NCBI RefSeq assembly: GCF_009914755.1
Contig: NC_060931.1
Strand: one strand, 5' to 3'
DNA: 64,000 bases
Origin: the human T2T-CHM13v2.0 reference genome, Homo sapiens
The notes under the pieces were generated by a model. The model saw only the letters and a program-made list of their open reading frames with translations. It did not search any database and was not told the DNA's origin. The position numbers were made by a program, and so were the translations under genes. Shown one piece after another: positions 16,101 through 30,577 of the stretch (positions are counted from its first letter, which is position 1; every line of letters begins with the position of its first letter).

Positions 16101-17439
16101 AAAGCCTAGCAACTATAGAATATTCATTCAAAATTTTCATGATGCCAGAGTTCAAACTGTGGAGCAGATATTCTTAGATAGAGATCTTTAAAGGACTCCC
16201 CACTTAGCTTAAATAGAAACAAGTAATATTTCAACACAAATATATTCCTTTAAGATGTGTATCTTTGGCACATGCATCAAAATGTATGAAACACCAAATT
16301 TCCAGCTCTTTCACCGTCTTAAAACACACGTACACATACAGCACTCGGCATGCAGCAACACCCAGCATCTGAGTGCCACATGCCTGGAGAGAGATCTAAG
16401 TCTGCAACAAATTCAACCAGATCCCATTTCTTTAAGGTCCAGAACTGAAAAGAACTGCTGAACACTGGGGGTGAACCTGTATCCCTTTGATCTCCATTGG
16501 AACAAAAAAGCAAAATGACATGCTCAAATGAAAAATCATTTATAATGGATGAAAGAAGGGCTATTCTTTCTTTGAATTCTGTCTGTTTGGAGGAAATAGG
16601 TGAGGGAGCTTTGAGGAAAAAATAAATTCTCAAAACACAAAACAATCCTTATGAGATAATACCAATAATGGAGTAGGAATGGGAGAAATGGTAGAAGAAA
16701 AGGATGCTGTCCCCATTAGAAAAGGGAGAGGCTCTTATTTTAAAAAAAAGAAAAAAAAAGGAGGGAGACAGTTTCTCATTTAAGTAAGACTAATTTTAAA
16801 AGAACCTGATTATAGTGCAAAGCTGCAAGTACAAGCCACTGAAACATCATGCATTAACCTGGTACTACTGTGACTCTGGTATTTATTTCAAAATGACAGA
16901 AATTTCACTACCACTTTCCAGCAAAGTTTACTACTTTTTAAGATGTAAATGTTGGGAGTAAAAATTTGTCCAGGTGCCAACTTTAAATGTTAAAATTGCA
17001 CTTAATTAAATGCTTTATTTACACGGGACACGGGTCCCCATCCCCACTTCATCCCCAAGTTACACCTTCAGGACAGTAATGTAAGGTTTTTATTTAGTTT
17101 CTGTTACTTACATTTGGTTATTTAATTAATATTTGTGCAGACTCATATCTGTACGATCTTCAGCAAGCACTCACCGCACACGTATATACCCCAGCTATAA
17201 CACAAGTATATATCCCAGCTAGAAAAAGAGAGGAATACCACATCGTACTTGTCCTCTAAGAGCTTACTGACCACTAGAGAAGTGGAGCACAAACACAGAG
17301 CAACAACAAACTTCATAACGAAAACGTTTCCAAAAGATGAGCCTCAAAAACGAGTTGGGGATGGGGGAAAATGCAAATGTATATTCACAAGGAAAGGTAT
17401 TAAAGCATGGAGGGATGGCAGCCTGAAATACTATAGTAG

Positions 17440-18030
17440 GTTCAGCACCTACCAATGGTTCAGGGAGGTGAAGTCCAAGCTGCACTTAGAAAAATGGCCA
17501 GAGATGAAGTAGCAAAAGCAAGCAAGGCAGACTATGAGGATGAGCCATCTACCATTCTGAAGTGCCAGATTTAGCTGTAGACCATGGCAAGCCACTACGG
17601 AGTTTCTTGCATAGGAATCAGATACACCATTCCAGAGGCAATGTGGAACACAGAGGCAAGTAGACTAGTTGGGATATGCTTGAAGCAGTACAGGCCAAAT
17701 GAAGGCCAGAACAATGTCCAAGACAGCAAGTTTGGAATCCCAACTTATAAGTTACTGGTATCAGTAGAGTTTGGAAAGGGGTAGAGGGGTAGCAAGGAGA
17801 ATAGCTAGATTTCGGACAGAGATGGCAGTCTCAATCACTGAGAAAGAGAACACCAGTTTCTGAAGAAGCTGACAGTGGGAAGGGAAGACTAGTTCAGAGT
17901 TACATGTTGAAAAGTACAGCATTAGAATATAGATCCTGGAGCTGCTGGTTTATATCTGATGGCTGAGATCTGATGGCCTGTTGGGTGTGGACGAGACTGC
18001 ACATGGAGAGTCTAGAGACTGAAAAGGAAG
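17440..18030 (-). mobile_element. L2 fragment, degraded
   Basis: Purine-rich stretch with antisense L2 motifs such as tggcaagccact..gagtttc and gagactgcacatggagag. Confidence 0.55.
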
Positions 18031-18112
18031 TATTCTATCCGTAAAAGGAATTTGTGAGGCGCAAATGAGATAATGTACATATTTGCATTCTGTAAGCTGC
18101 ACTTTTGATATA

Positions 18113-18428
18113 TAGTCATCCCCTGGTATCTGCAGAGGATTGGTTCCAGGACCCCCTTCAGATACCAAAGTCCACAGATGCTCAAGTCCCTCATGTAAAA
18201 TGGCATCATATTTGTATATAACCTAGGCACATCTTCCCACATACTTTAAATCATTTCTAGATTACTTCTATCTAACACAATGTAAATGCTATGTAAATAA
18301 CTACTACATTGTATTGTTTTTAATGTGTATTTTTTGTTGTTGTATTGTTGTTTTTTTTTCCAAATATTTTTAATCCATGGATGGGTGAATTTAAAAATGC
18401 AAAACCCATGGATACAGAGGGGTAACTG
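18113..18428 (+). mobile_element. MER2 (TcMar-Tigger)
   Basis: agtcatcccctggtatctgcagaggattggttccaggacccc ... aacccatggatacagaggggtaactg. Confidence 0.9.
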
Positions 18429-19897
18429 CATAGGTATTTTCGTTTTAACAAAACATCAGAATCCATCCTGTTTACCAAGAATCTCTACTGAGATGTCTTT
18501 TTATAAGCAGCTCTCTATTATGGAATACAGCTATGATTAGAATTCAAAGTCTGAGGGAACTTTAGGGAGCACAGGCTATTGCAATGTCTTCATAAAGATT
18601 ACATATAAACCCATGCCCCCAGATTAGACCCACAAACAGTTAAGAGCCCACTGTAACAAGCCCATACAATACATATTAGCTCATTGCCCAAAATGCAGTA
18701 TAGAAAGTGGTTTCACTGAAAACCATAAATGTTCTACAAACTACTAATGCTTCTGATTCCTTCCTTAGCTGTGTTTATTAGGCACAAAGAAGCTAAATGA
18801 GAAAGTCCCTGTTCTTTGAATATACACACCAAGTCTCGGGAACCTCTGCATGCATTCCTAACTTAACAGCCGTCAACCACATCTGCTCCTCATCCAGAAA
18901 AGTAGACATCAAACAATCTAGCATATCTGTAAATGCAGGGACAGCAGGTAACTTGATAAAATATGTAACAAATCTCAGACTCACCAAGTTTTCAACACTG
19001 TATCTCGCCCAGGCCTTTTATAATAGTGTGCAACAGCTGCTGTTAAGTTAGATGGAAGCGATTGGTTAAAAACAGCTTGAATTTCTAAAGCATGTGTTAT
19101 TTTTCAAAAAATGAAAGACGCTGTTAAAATAGCTCCATTCCTTACATATCTATTAAACTGTTTAAAATTGACAATCTTTAATTTAAGCCTATTCTTGGAA
19201 CTAGATGTCCATTTCCACTGTCAGAAAGTCAGAACAGATTTCATAAGCACTGGAGGAACACAATCTTAGGACTCATAAGTAGGTTTCAGCAAGAAAAAAC
19301 TAACCTTACAGAAAACAAATCTGTCAGACGTCTTTAAGACTTCCTTTTAATTTTTTAAAAGGGACCATCTTACCTGTGAAGTATCTCAACCTACTCCTAA
19401 AGACATCTTTACCCTGAAGGATCTCCTAACATATTCATTTATTCATACAAAAAAAATTGATTTATATAGTTGTGAAATAGGCCCCATAAGGCAACCCAAG
19501 CCTCCTTCTCTCATCGAGGCACAGAACCGAGCCAGGTTCCAGAAGAGAGTCCACTAAACCCCAGCTAAAGAGTAGGCTGGGGACTCTAGTTGGAGGCTGG
19601 AGTCCAGGCCTGATTCAGAGGGAATCCCATCTTCCTAGTCAGAATGAGGAAGGGGACAGGCCAGCCAAGACTTGTAACATGAAGAGAGTGACATCATGGA
19701 TAAAGGATAAAAAGTGAAAGAATTCTATGAGGCCTGGGTGAACGCTGAAGTTAGGAAAGATGTGCCAGGAAGGGGCCAATTAACTTAGGGAAGCAATATC
19801 AATATCTGATTAGCAATGAAGATGCACTTCTCAGGACACTGGAATAGAATTGCATCACAAGTGTCTTATCTGACTGTGTACCCCTTGGGCTGTCTTA

Positions 19898-20228
<331 letters not shown>

Positions 20229-20329
20229 AGACTCAGCATTAACGTAGAAGGATACAAAATATCAATAAATCCCTTAATTGAGAAAATGGAGGCCATTCAG
20301 GAGGAATCCTCCCTCCCTTTTAAATTTGC

Positions 20330-21230
20330 TCAGGTCATCCTTGCTTTTCTCCGTCTCTTACCCTGAAGCAGGGTTCTCCTTCTCTTTCCAAGGACTATTT
20401 CTACCCTCGAACCTACTCCCTCCTCAAATCCTGAGATTTTGCTCCATCAACTTATTATCACCTCTTTCTTACATTTTTTATCCTTCTCTTGCCATTGGCT
20501 TCTTTCCCTCGACTCTCAAACATATTAATACCTTTAAGGAAAACCACCCAAAAAAACTACTTCTTCAAGGTACATAATCTTTATCACCTTTCTTTCAAAG
20601 CTTAAAATCTTCATAGAATAATAACTATCCTGGCTTTTCCCTTTTCCTCTTTTTTAACCACCTGAAACCTGGGTTCTGATTTCAACACTATTTTTTATTA
20701 TGTATGTTACAAATGATAGCAACTGATGGTTCAACCAGTTTCTCACTGAGGCTCATTTCACTGGCTGTCTCTGGAAACTTCACCTCTGACGGATCCCTCA
20801 CTTCTTGACTCTCTCTCTCTCTCTTTTGTTGGCTGCTTGAACACTCATGGTTCATCCTCCATCTGCCTTGCAGATGGCTCCTGCATAGTCTCCCATGCAA
20901 CTCTTTCTCAGCCTGCTGCTTACAGGTAAGTATTCTCCAAAATTCTGCCCTTGTCTTCTTTCTTCTCTCCACATACTATTTCTTGGCAATCTCACCCATT
21001 CCCAGAGCTTCATCTCTTTGAGAAGGATTCCCATAACTCTCTCTATTCCTGGCTGCTCTCCCTAGTTCCAGACATATGTTTCCAACTTATTTAATGAACA
21101 CAGCTACAAGAATATCCTGAAGGGACCTCAAACACAGCAATATGAAACATAACTTGTCCTTAACCCAATCTAAAGCTGTCAATATCTTGCTAGTCACTGA
21201 GCTCCACACTGCAGTCATCTTTTACTTCTT
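20330..21230 (+). mobile_element. L2 fragment
   Basis: Pyrimidine-rich; ggcaatctcacccattcccagagcttca ... ttccagacatatgtttccaact ... acctcaaacacagca. Confidence 0.65.
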
Positions 21231-21671
21231 GCCATACTCCATGACCAGGGCTATGGTGGGCCCAGAGAGACAGGAAGAGAATTCATGAGTGGGCACAGGA
21301 AGCTTTCCTTTATGGTAAAGGGGTAGATGCTTGAGAGCTGAGAGGCGTCTTTCCTCAGCTTAACATATGAAAGTCACAGAACCTATGGTTCTGATTGCCA
21401 CGAATATGGCATATTATTTCCTGCATGATGGCTGTAATGACAACAGAATTTTGGATTTACTCTGTGAGAAACTAAGGCAAGAGAAAGCCTTATCCAGTCA
21501 CTTGGGTCCTTAACTCATTACATACCCTTGGAATTGCTTGTTTGCTGGTTCAAAATAAACCTAAGTGACAGAAATCTTAAACAGAAATGTGATTCTTATC
21601 AGTCTTCAAGCCGGAGTAAGCTTTATGGTGTTGCCTAACTCACTTCCTCCTTCTTAACCTCCCACTCCTAA

Positions 21672-21976
<305 letters not shown>

Positions 21977-24900
21977 CCCACTCTTAATTTCATTCCAACC
22001 TCAGCAATGTCTCCCACATATAATCTCATCATTTGAATTCCCATGAACAATCCTCGAATGCAGAGTGTTTCCACTTGTTTGGAAGGCTATACCACATTTC
22101 TAACATATTTCGCCCTTTCTTCCCCGCTATCCTTTTGCCCAGCAACAATTCCACCAGAGGCAGTTTGGCTGTTCTCTACCCTCCACACCTGTCCTGTTAT
22201 CAGCCCTCCCTCACCCCAGCACCCTAAGTTCTTGCAACATTAAGTTACTCAACATCCTAAAGTAGAACCCATGTTCTCCCATCGCTATACCTTTTCGATC
22301 CAGCTTTTCTCTCAAGATGGATGCCAGACACATTTCAAATCCCTATGCCCCTTGCAGCTCTGACACTTACTCTTCTAAGAAATTGTACCAGGTTTTCTCC
22401 TCATTCACCCCTATGGCCCAGTCCCATCTCCAGGGCCTGAATTACTCAGCCCTTTTGCACTTTGTGCTTCTATCTATATGCAGGTATCAGTCTTCTAACT
22501 AGAATTTAAGACCCAAGAGAGTTCAAGTTTTGAGGTTGCTTTGTAACCCCGGAAGCACTAATACAGCACTCACCACATAGAGGGCAGCACACTCTTGTGG
22601 AAAAACTCCAGAAGTGGAGTAACAAGAGTGACAAGTAGGGATCAAGTCACGATCTACTCACGTATGTTGCAGCAGTGATTTCCATCCAGTTACTGAACTT
22701 TTTGATTCGCATTCCCCTCATCAATAAATGTTAAATAATAATTATTAACTTTGGATTTTTCTAAGGACCACATGAGATAACATACATAAAAGTTATTTGG
22801 AAAACCAGTACAATGCAAACAAATATAAGACAGTATTGTTATCAAGACATTTTGCACAATGTTTGTTGAAGATTGACCCAAACTTATCTTTCTACAAAAG
22901 AAAAATTGCTATAAATGATGAAGTACTTTTCTACAGGAACTAGAAGCAACAAAAACATGAAAGTGGTTTGCTCACTGGTAACAGCTGATCTCGTTAAGGT
23001 CACTGTATTGTTTTTCTTATACTAGAACATAAAGCGCTAATCAAAGTATTAAAACTAGATTTTAAAATGCAGTACTTTTTAGCCTTCCGTATAATTTTAG
23101 GCATTAATGTGGGTAAACTAATCATTATATTCGATGATGATTACTCAGATGCCTAAATGCTAAGTTACATCTTCAATATCAATGTCAATTAAATGAAATA
23201 CCTCTTGAAAAAGAATTTATATCATTTTTCTGATTCAACATTAACTATCTACACTCTGACTGACCAGTGTAAATGAGCTTGTAAATTTTAAGTTCTGTAG
23301 GAAGAATGGGTTCGATGCTGCCTCCCCTCCCCCTACCCCGACACACACATTTAACACCCTGTCTGCATTACTTCTGAAAAGAAGAAACCCACTGTGCAGC
23401 AGGCAGTGGGAAATATAATGCAGCTTTACACTGCATCATGAAAGCAAGAAAACAGCCAGCTGTGAGTCAGAAATAGAACAAAATTTTGAGTTGCAAACCC
23501 AAGGGACCTTCAGGTAACATTGGAAGTGCTCCTGAATGATGAATAGTTTATTTTTTTTCAGACCCACTATGGACACTGCAGGATATATTTACCATATTAA
23601 TTTTTAAGTTTCAAAAGCAATAAACCTGTTGGTCAGATGGAAGCCTGACACTCACAGCAGCTGATCTATCAATCAATCCAACATGGCCGGGCTCTGCCAG
23701 CAGCCCCTGACACCAATTAGGAAACTAAAATAGTGAACTGCTGCTACCAGGTTATAGTTTTGCCAATTAGAGCACATCCTGGGTGAGAGAGAGCAATGAA
23801 CACTAGAACTCAGGGTCAGGAGAGAGAGGTGAAAAGAGCCTCATGTAATGTGACATGAAAAAGAAAGATGGCAGGAGGGACACAGAAAAGAATCAAGACA
23901 GTGTGGAATCAAACAGCACATTTTATTGTTCACTTGTCAAACACATGCAGACACTAAGACAAAGCAAAAACAAGGCGCTTCCCTAGGTCTTTACCCTGGA
24001 AGGCACTGCTTATTGGCCTACGCAACTTGCCAGCCAATCACTGCCATTCATGCACTCTGAGGCTGCCGTCTCCCACTGTTCCCCTTTAGTGAGGATTCAC
24101 AAGTTAAGCTGCCGCACACAGGGCCTTCACGTCAAAGGCAGACCACTGATAGACACATATCAAAGTGCTGGAAGGCCAATATTTCAAATCAGGCTCATTA
24201 TTAGCACATAAACCTTTTTTGCTAAATTTTCTCATTTTTACATCCTACAAAATTGAGGAGACCTCCTTTCAATTTTTCCACCTGAGCTCCTCTTCTAAAC
24301 CATGACTCAGAGCCCTGACTTATCCAACTTCATAAAATCTAAGGACCTCAAAATCATTCCCCATGAGGCCCTTCATCTAACAACTATTTCCTGCCTCAGA
24401 ATACCTTCTTTTAATTCCATTTAGAGCTGGCTTTGAAGGGCTCCCAGCTGATCTTGTCTGTTTTGTGTCATCTGAAAAAGAAAATGGCAAAAAGCAAGGC
24501 TGACACAAAAAGACCGCCCAGAGTATGAAGTTTTAAACAAGGGTCACCTTCAGATTCAGATGGAAAACCGAGGTCTTGACCAGTTTCATACATTTGTTAA
24601 GCAGACTCCGTTCTGAGTTAGATGAAAACAACAGGCAAAAACATCCTGAACGTTAAACAGAACAGTTATTTTGCATCAAGGGCAAAATGCAATTTGCACT
24701 TATCAACTGAGTCATATTTGTTGCAACACATTTTCCACAGAATCTAATGGTAATCTCATTATGGTGACTCAAATTTAACTCTGGTTACTCTGCTCTGCTG
24801 CTCTCAGTTCTGCCATAGTTTTATAAGAAGGGGCCACGTGATTTCTGATGGTGTGCTCAGCATGCCATACACATCACGAGAAGTATGTATTTCAATGACT

Positions 24901-24984
24901 ATGTGCAAAACATCAGCCAGACTTTATCATAAGGCTCTTCTAAAATGTTCTATGGCCCTAACAACATAAAATAGATTTTCCCTC

Positions 24985-25110
24985 TAGAATCTCAGCTGCC
25001 CTTTGGAATCACTGGAGAGTTTTGAAAAATACTAGGTCCCAATTTGCAGAGATGCTGATTTCACTGGTTGGGAGTGATGTCTGAGAACCAAGATTTCTGT
25101 TAAAGATGAT
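24985..25110. mobile_element. MER5-family hAT fragment (apparent 3' end at ~25605-25630)
   Basis: ttggaatcactggagagttttgaaaaatac ... cagagatgctgatttcactgg; gccaaggctgagaaccact downstream. Confidence 0.55.
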
Positions 25111-25629
25111 CCATAGTCTGACTTAGCCCAAACTTGGGTACCCCCAATCTCATAAATGTACTCGATTAACAAAAAACACCATTAAAAAACTAGATGTCAT
25201 CTGATCCAATGATAGTACATAACAGAAAACTTTATTACTCACTCAGGCACAGGAAAGGTGAAAAGAATCCCTGGGCAAAGGGGCCCACTGGCAAAAGGGC
25301 TCTCATGTCTGAGCAGAAGAAGAGACAATGTGCCAGGTCCTGGGGACACACATACAGGACCAGAGTGTGCCAGTGGGATTTCTTAATAATAATGGGTGAA
25401 GGACTTGTTTCAGGTAGCCTATCTGGGTTGTGGGTGGATGTCAAAGGTACAGAAGAAGTTGCCTTGCCTTCAGCCTAAACTTAATGGGTATTGCAGAAGT
25501 GAATAAAGCTGGGGCACCTGATGATTTCCACCCTGGCAGATTAAAGGTTTAGCTGAATAGCATTTCACTGGGAGGGACTTACTGGACCTAACTCTCCTTC
25601 TCTACAGCAGCCAAGGCTGAGAACCACTA

Positions 25630-25790
25630 CTCAAACTTCTCAAACTTCTGATTTGCCTAAGGATTCACCTGGGGATCTTGTTAAATTGCAGATTCTGCTT
25701 CAGTAGGTCCAAGATGGGCTGGAAAGTCCCACTTGTGATAAGTTTCCAGGTGATGCCAATGCTACTGCTCTACACACCGCATTTGGTTCT
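25630..25790. mobile_element. MER5A
   Basis: tcacctggggatcttgttaaattgcagattctgcttcagtaggtc ... ccaggtgatgccaatgct. Confidence 0.8.
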
Positions 25791-26029
25791 ATTCCTTGAA
25801 ACATCCTCTCACTGAGTTACAGGCCTTTCACAAATGAAAATCCTATCGTGGTCCTGGGCTCACACATTGAGGATCTCTGGAGGATTTCTATATCCTAGAG
25901 AAATTCACAATCCATGGGGTGGGACACAGATAAGCAGGGAAATGCTGCAGTCCACAGTTCTCTATCATCTGACCCCACATCGCTGTTCTTCATATGCTTA
26001 CCTGATTCTGAAACCAAATATATAGTTAT

Positions 26030-26200
26030 ATACCTAGTTGCTTTCGTATTTAATGACCGTCTTTCCCACTAGAATACACACTCCAAGAGAGCAGCGGCCT
26101 GTGTATCACATTCCCCATTATAACTCTAGAGCCTGAAACAGGGCCATCATGGAGTAGATACTCAACAAATGTTTGCTTCCTCAAAAAGGACTGAATGAGA
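26030..26200 (+). mobile_element. L2 3' end
   Basis: cccactagaatacacactccaagagagcag ... gtagatactcaacaaatgtttg. Confidence 0.7.
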
Positions 26201-26813
26201 TGACATGGACACCTTATTTCAAAAGAGCGCTAGGTGATGCCGCTCCTACACTGCTAGTTCATTCTAGGCAAAGACACATGGGGCAATAACCTTAGTCTAG
26301 CCTTTTAGCCAGTACTTTGGTAGGTCTGACAAGGGGTACAAGATGATAAAGATGAGACTATTCTGCATCTTCTCAATTTCTATTTATAACACATTTCTTA
26401 TACTATCTCCCGCACAATATGGAAAAGATACAAGTGGAGAAATAATATTTTTGTACTTCAGTTTCCTTCAGTTGCCATAATGAACATGCCTGGAATAAAA
26501 GAGCTTTATAAAAAAAGGGAGGAAGCCTCTGGAAAGACAAGTTCTGAGTATACTCGTGTAATCCAAACTCCACTGGACCCCCAAAGGACCACGATGAAAT
26601 GGCAAGAGACAGCCTCAGGAAAATTATTAATCCTGCCTCAGAATCCAATCACTCACAAATGCCTACTGGCAAAACTATTCAAGGCCTCACAAAATTAGAA
26701 AACTAACAAAATTAGAAGTACAAGTACCTGAGGCAGCACATGAGCAAAAGTAAAACTAGTGGAACACAGATTTCGCTCAGCCACATGAACCCTACAAGGC
26801 CAGCACTGACTCT

Positions 26814-27052
26814 CAGTGATTTTTCAGACTGGAGGTTGCTACCTACTATTGGACTATTATATCATTTTAGCATATCACACTAGCATTTTTAATATGAAAA
26901 TACAATAAAATAGAAACTTTAAGAAGGCAGAAAACAATAAATCACAAGTAGTAGTACTTCCTATGTATGAATTAAAATCTGTGTGTACTCTGGGTCAGGA
27001 TGTAAAATATATTCTTGCAGGTTGTAATTTTAAAATTTTTGTAAATATCCAT
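26814..27052. mobile_element. MER112-like hAT fossil
   Basis: cagtgatttttcagactg ... tgtgtgtactctgggtcaggatgtaaaatatattcttg resembles recalled MER112. Confidence 0.55.
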
Positions 27053-27245
27053 CTATACCAAGAAGGGTCATATTTCATATAGTGCCTATATCTGAACTGG
27101 TAATGTTCACAATTATACTAAGAAAACACATTTATACTAAAGAGATGGTTTGGCATAGTAGCCCAGAGCATGAGTCTGGAGCCAAACTGACTGGTGACTC
27201 TAGACAAATCACTTCACTTTTCTAAGCCTCCTTTCTATCATAGGG

Positions 27246-27615
27246 TGTTTAGTCAATTTCTGCTGCTGTAACAGAATACCAAAGACTGGGTAATTTGTAA
27301 AGAAAAGAAGTTTGTTTAGCTCATGGTTCTGGAGGTTGCAAAGTCCAAGGGCATGGCGCCAGCATCTGCTTGGCATTTGGTGAGGAGTTTCTTGCTGCAT
27401 TATCCTTTGGCAGAAGGCAGAAGAGCAAGTGAGCACACAAAACAGAGAGAGGATGGGGGCCAAACTTATCCTTTCATCAGGAGACCATTGCCTGGACAAC
27501 TGCCTACACCTGAGATAACAGCAGTAATCCATTCACGAGTGCACTGAGAGGCCCACTCTCACAATGGCAATTAAATTTTGATGTGAGTTTTAGAAGGGAC
27601 ATTCTAACCATTGCA
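27246..27615 (-). mobile_element. MST-type (MaLR) solo LTR inserted in a MIR (~27145-27720)
   Basis: tgtttagtcaatttctgctgctgtaacagaatacc ... gggacattctaaccattgca; 5-bp TSD taggg/taggc. Confidence 0.85.
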
Positions 27616-29689
27616 TAGGCACAAGAATACAACCACCTCATGCTTTAACAATTTAAGAACGTACGTGGAGTTAGTATAGTGCCCGGCATGAGTAAGCACC
27701 CGATAAATGACAGGCATTATTGTCCCCTCTTAAATGCAGGTCTAACATGCTTATTTTCCATTATTTCAATGATAAAGTACTAAAGAACAGGGGATAAGAT
27801 CATTTTCAAGTGAGCAAAAGACTGTAGCTGCTACCAAAGTAAAAACTGAGAAATTCATCTAATTCTGGAAGAGTCCATTTGAAATCAAAAGCTTGCGGTT
27901 GCAAAAGGGCAAGAAGGAAGAGCAGTGTACTCATGGAAATGCCACAAAGTTAAGACACAGCAAGGTCAGGGAGCAGAGGTCAATAAAGGCACAAATTAAA
28001 TTTTCACACCAGCACACCTGAATGTCTTCCTACAACTTGCTCTTCTTTTAAACTGCCTTTTCTATCAGGCCCATAAAAGTATGCAGGACCTTAAGCTTGC
28101 CCTATTTCCCAATCTTATTCAAACTGTGAGAAACCACATGCTGTGTTCTTAAGAACCAATTATTAATTAGAAACTCTGGAAAGCTGGACAGCACTCATTA
28201 TTATTAAACCTAATATCCAAAAAGGATGTGGATAATTACTATATTTGCTTCTCCAACTGGTCTTGATAAAACGTGCTAAAGTTATTCTTGACACAAGTGT
28301 CACCAGTGGCAAAGGGCTCAATTTGCTGGCATCTCATCAATAGCATGCTTGAAGCCCCCATTGCTTGCAGTTAAACTAACAGTTTATATTAGGCTAAACA
28401 CAGTTTGGTAGCCATTGTCAAGAAAATTGGAGTTGCTCAGGCATAGCAGAGTTACTGATGTTATTTGTTTGGAAGCCTTGTGATTTAGTGAATCACTAGC
28501 AATTGTTAAGCAAGTAATTAAACTATAAAGCCAAGACCTGTGATTTTCAGTCTTTTCAAAGCAATAATCATCAAAATTCCAAGTACCATTTAACTGATTC
28601 CCTTCTTAAACATGCTGGCAACATTTATGTTGCTGTCATTCATTCAGTTGTACAGTTTATAAAAACTAGATTATGGCCTTTATAGAAATTATATACCACT
28701 CAACAGCTTTGATAAATATGAGAGGTTTAAAGAAAAAACTCACAAAAAGTAGTGAATGAGAACTGGACATAGAAAGATTTGGATTTGCTCATGTATACAG
28801 CTATCTTAGGTTTAATAGCAACTCAAAAAATCCTATTTTTGGGACTGAAATACTAAAATAACTGGACTATTGTTCTTATAACCTTTTCCAAACATAAGAA
28901 TGCATTATATAAATTTCACAATTCCCCTAAGTGCCTTTAAAATTATAAGCAATTTAGTCTATGATTCATGTACCATACTGACTGCATACAATTTTTTAAA
29001 CTTCACATCTCAATTATATCTTAATATTATGGGGGCTGGAATGCATTAAATAAATCATATTTCAAAGACTCCTGGTAAAGTAATAATACTTCCATGCATT
29101 TTAGAAGAAATTGGCCTGCATTATAATTGTATTCATAATGTCATTACCTGCCTTTCCTCACTGACTGAAATATTAGGCAGCAGTGCCTACTTCAAGCTAC
29201 TAATGGAAGCTTTCAGAAAATCTTACACTTAGGCTGTGGCTGGCAATTAGCAGTGTTAGTTAATATAATCCAACGTTTACAAACAGCAATTTACCCAATA
29301 TATAAACCAGCTCTTGTAATTAGTGAAACTTTGTTACTGATTAAGATTTAATATGATGGCTGGTATTTCAGCCTGTGCTACATAAAGAGACTGAACTGAT
29401 CTTTCATTTGTTAAAAGACATTTCCTTTTCAAAGTACCTTATTACTGTAAGGTGTTTTACTTACAAACATACAGCCATTAAGAAAATTAATTCATTAAAA
29501 ACCTGTATTACTTAAAAATAATACATGAAGTGTTTCTATAAAATGGCAGGAATTTTAAAACCCCAGCAAATGCCTTCAACAACTTATGAAAATTTATGAT
29601 ATTTTAGAGACCTGCCAAACACAGCTATTGTTCTAATTATTAAATATTACATAGTTGTATCTTTCATTTACATCCCTTCCTAACAACTT

Positions 29690-29896
29690 ACAAGGCACTT
29701 TCATCTACATTATACCATATAATGCTCAAAATCATGTTGTGTGGTACATATTGTAGCTATGAATCATACCCTATTTAACAGATGGAAATACTAAGGCTCA
29801 TTGAGGTTAAATGACTTGCTCAAAGTAAGGCAAATGAGAATAAGGATTCGTAGTCTAGTTTCTTGATTCCAAAGTCAATATTCTTTCCTCTGCACC
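29690..29896 (-). mobile_element. MIR
   Basis: cctatttaacagatggaaatactaaggctcattgaggttaaatgacttgctcaaagt. Confidence 0.75.
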
Positions 29897-30577
29897 CAAA
29901 TGAACACGTAATACATCTATTCCCAAAAGCTGGGGTAAAAACCTTAAGTAACTCACCAAGAAAAGACTGAAACAGTACACAACTTGGAAATGGGTGGTTC
30001 CAGAGTCACTTGAAATTTAATTTTGGAAATCAACACAGGCAGCCTAGGCAAGTTCTTATTTAATTCAATACACAGCTAAAGTACATCACCCAGGTAAACT
30101 AACTACTCCTTATAATATTGTCTAAGGAAAAGTGCCTATCGAATGGAAATTGGAATGCAAGAAAGCTATCCCCATAAGCCACAGTCCAAACTGACAGCTC
30201 TCCTCCACTGGGCTCACACTTTAAACCTGCAGTGTGTCCCCGACACCGGCAACAAGCAAACAGGAAAGGAGAAGGTTCCCAGGACGTTTAGATCTCTGAG
30301 CCCTGGGGAGATGAGGAGAAGAGTGCTCCAAGAGGAGATGCGGCTGCGAGGTCTACACAACCCACTGACCCCACTGGGTGTGAAGTTGAGTGCATGTTTG
30401 GGAGCAGGGGACACTTGGTAGCAGCAGGTAGTCTATCCCTGGTGAGTGTCATTCTTGATCTCTTACAAGGAAACAGTACCTGCTAAGAAGGTGGAGGGAA
30501 AACAATAACCGAATGTACTGGCCCTTAATGAAATCAGTATTCTTTAAAAGAAGAAGATGGCTTTACACTTTTAAATA

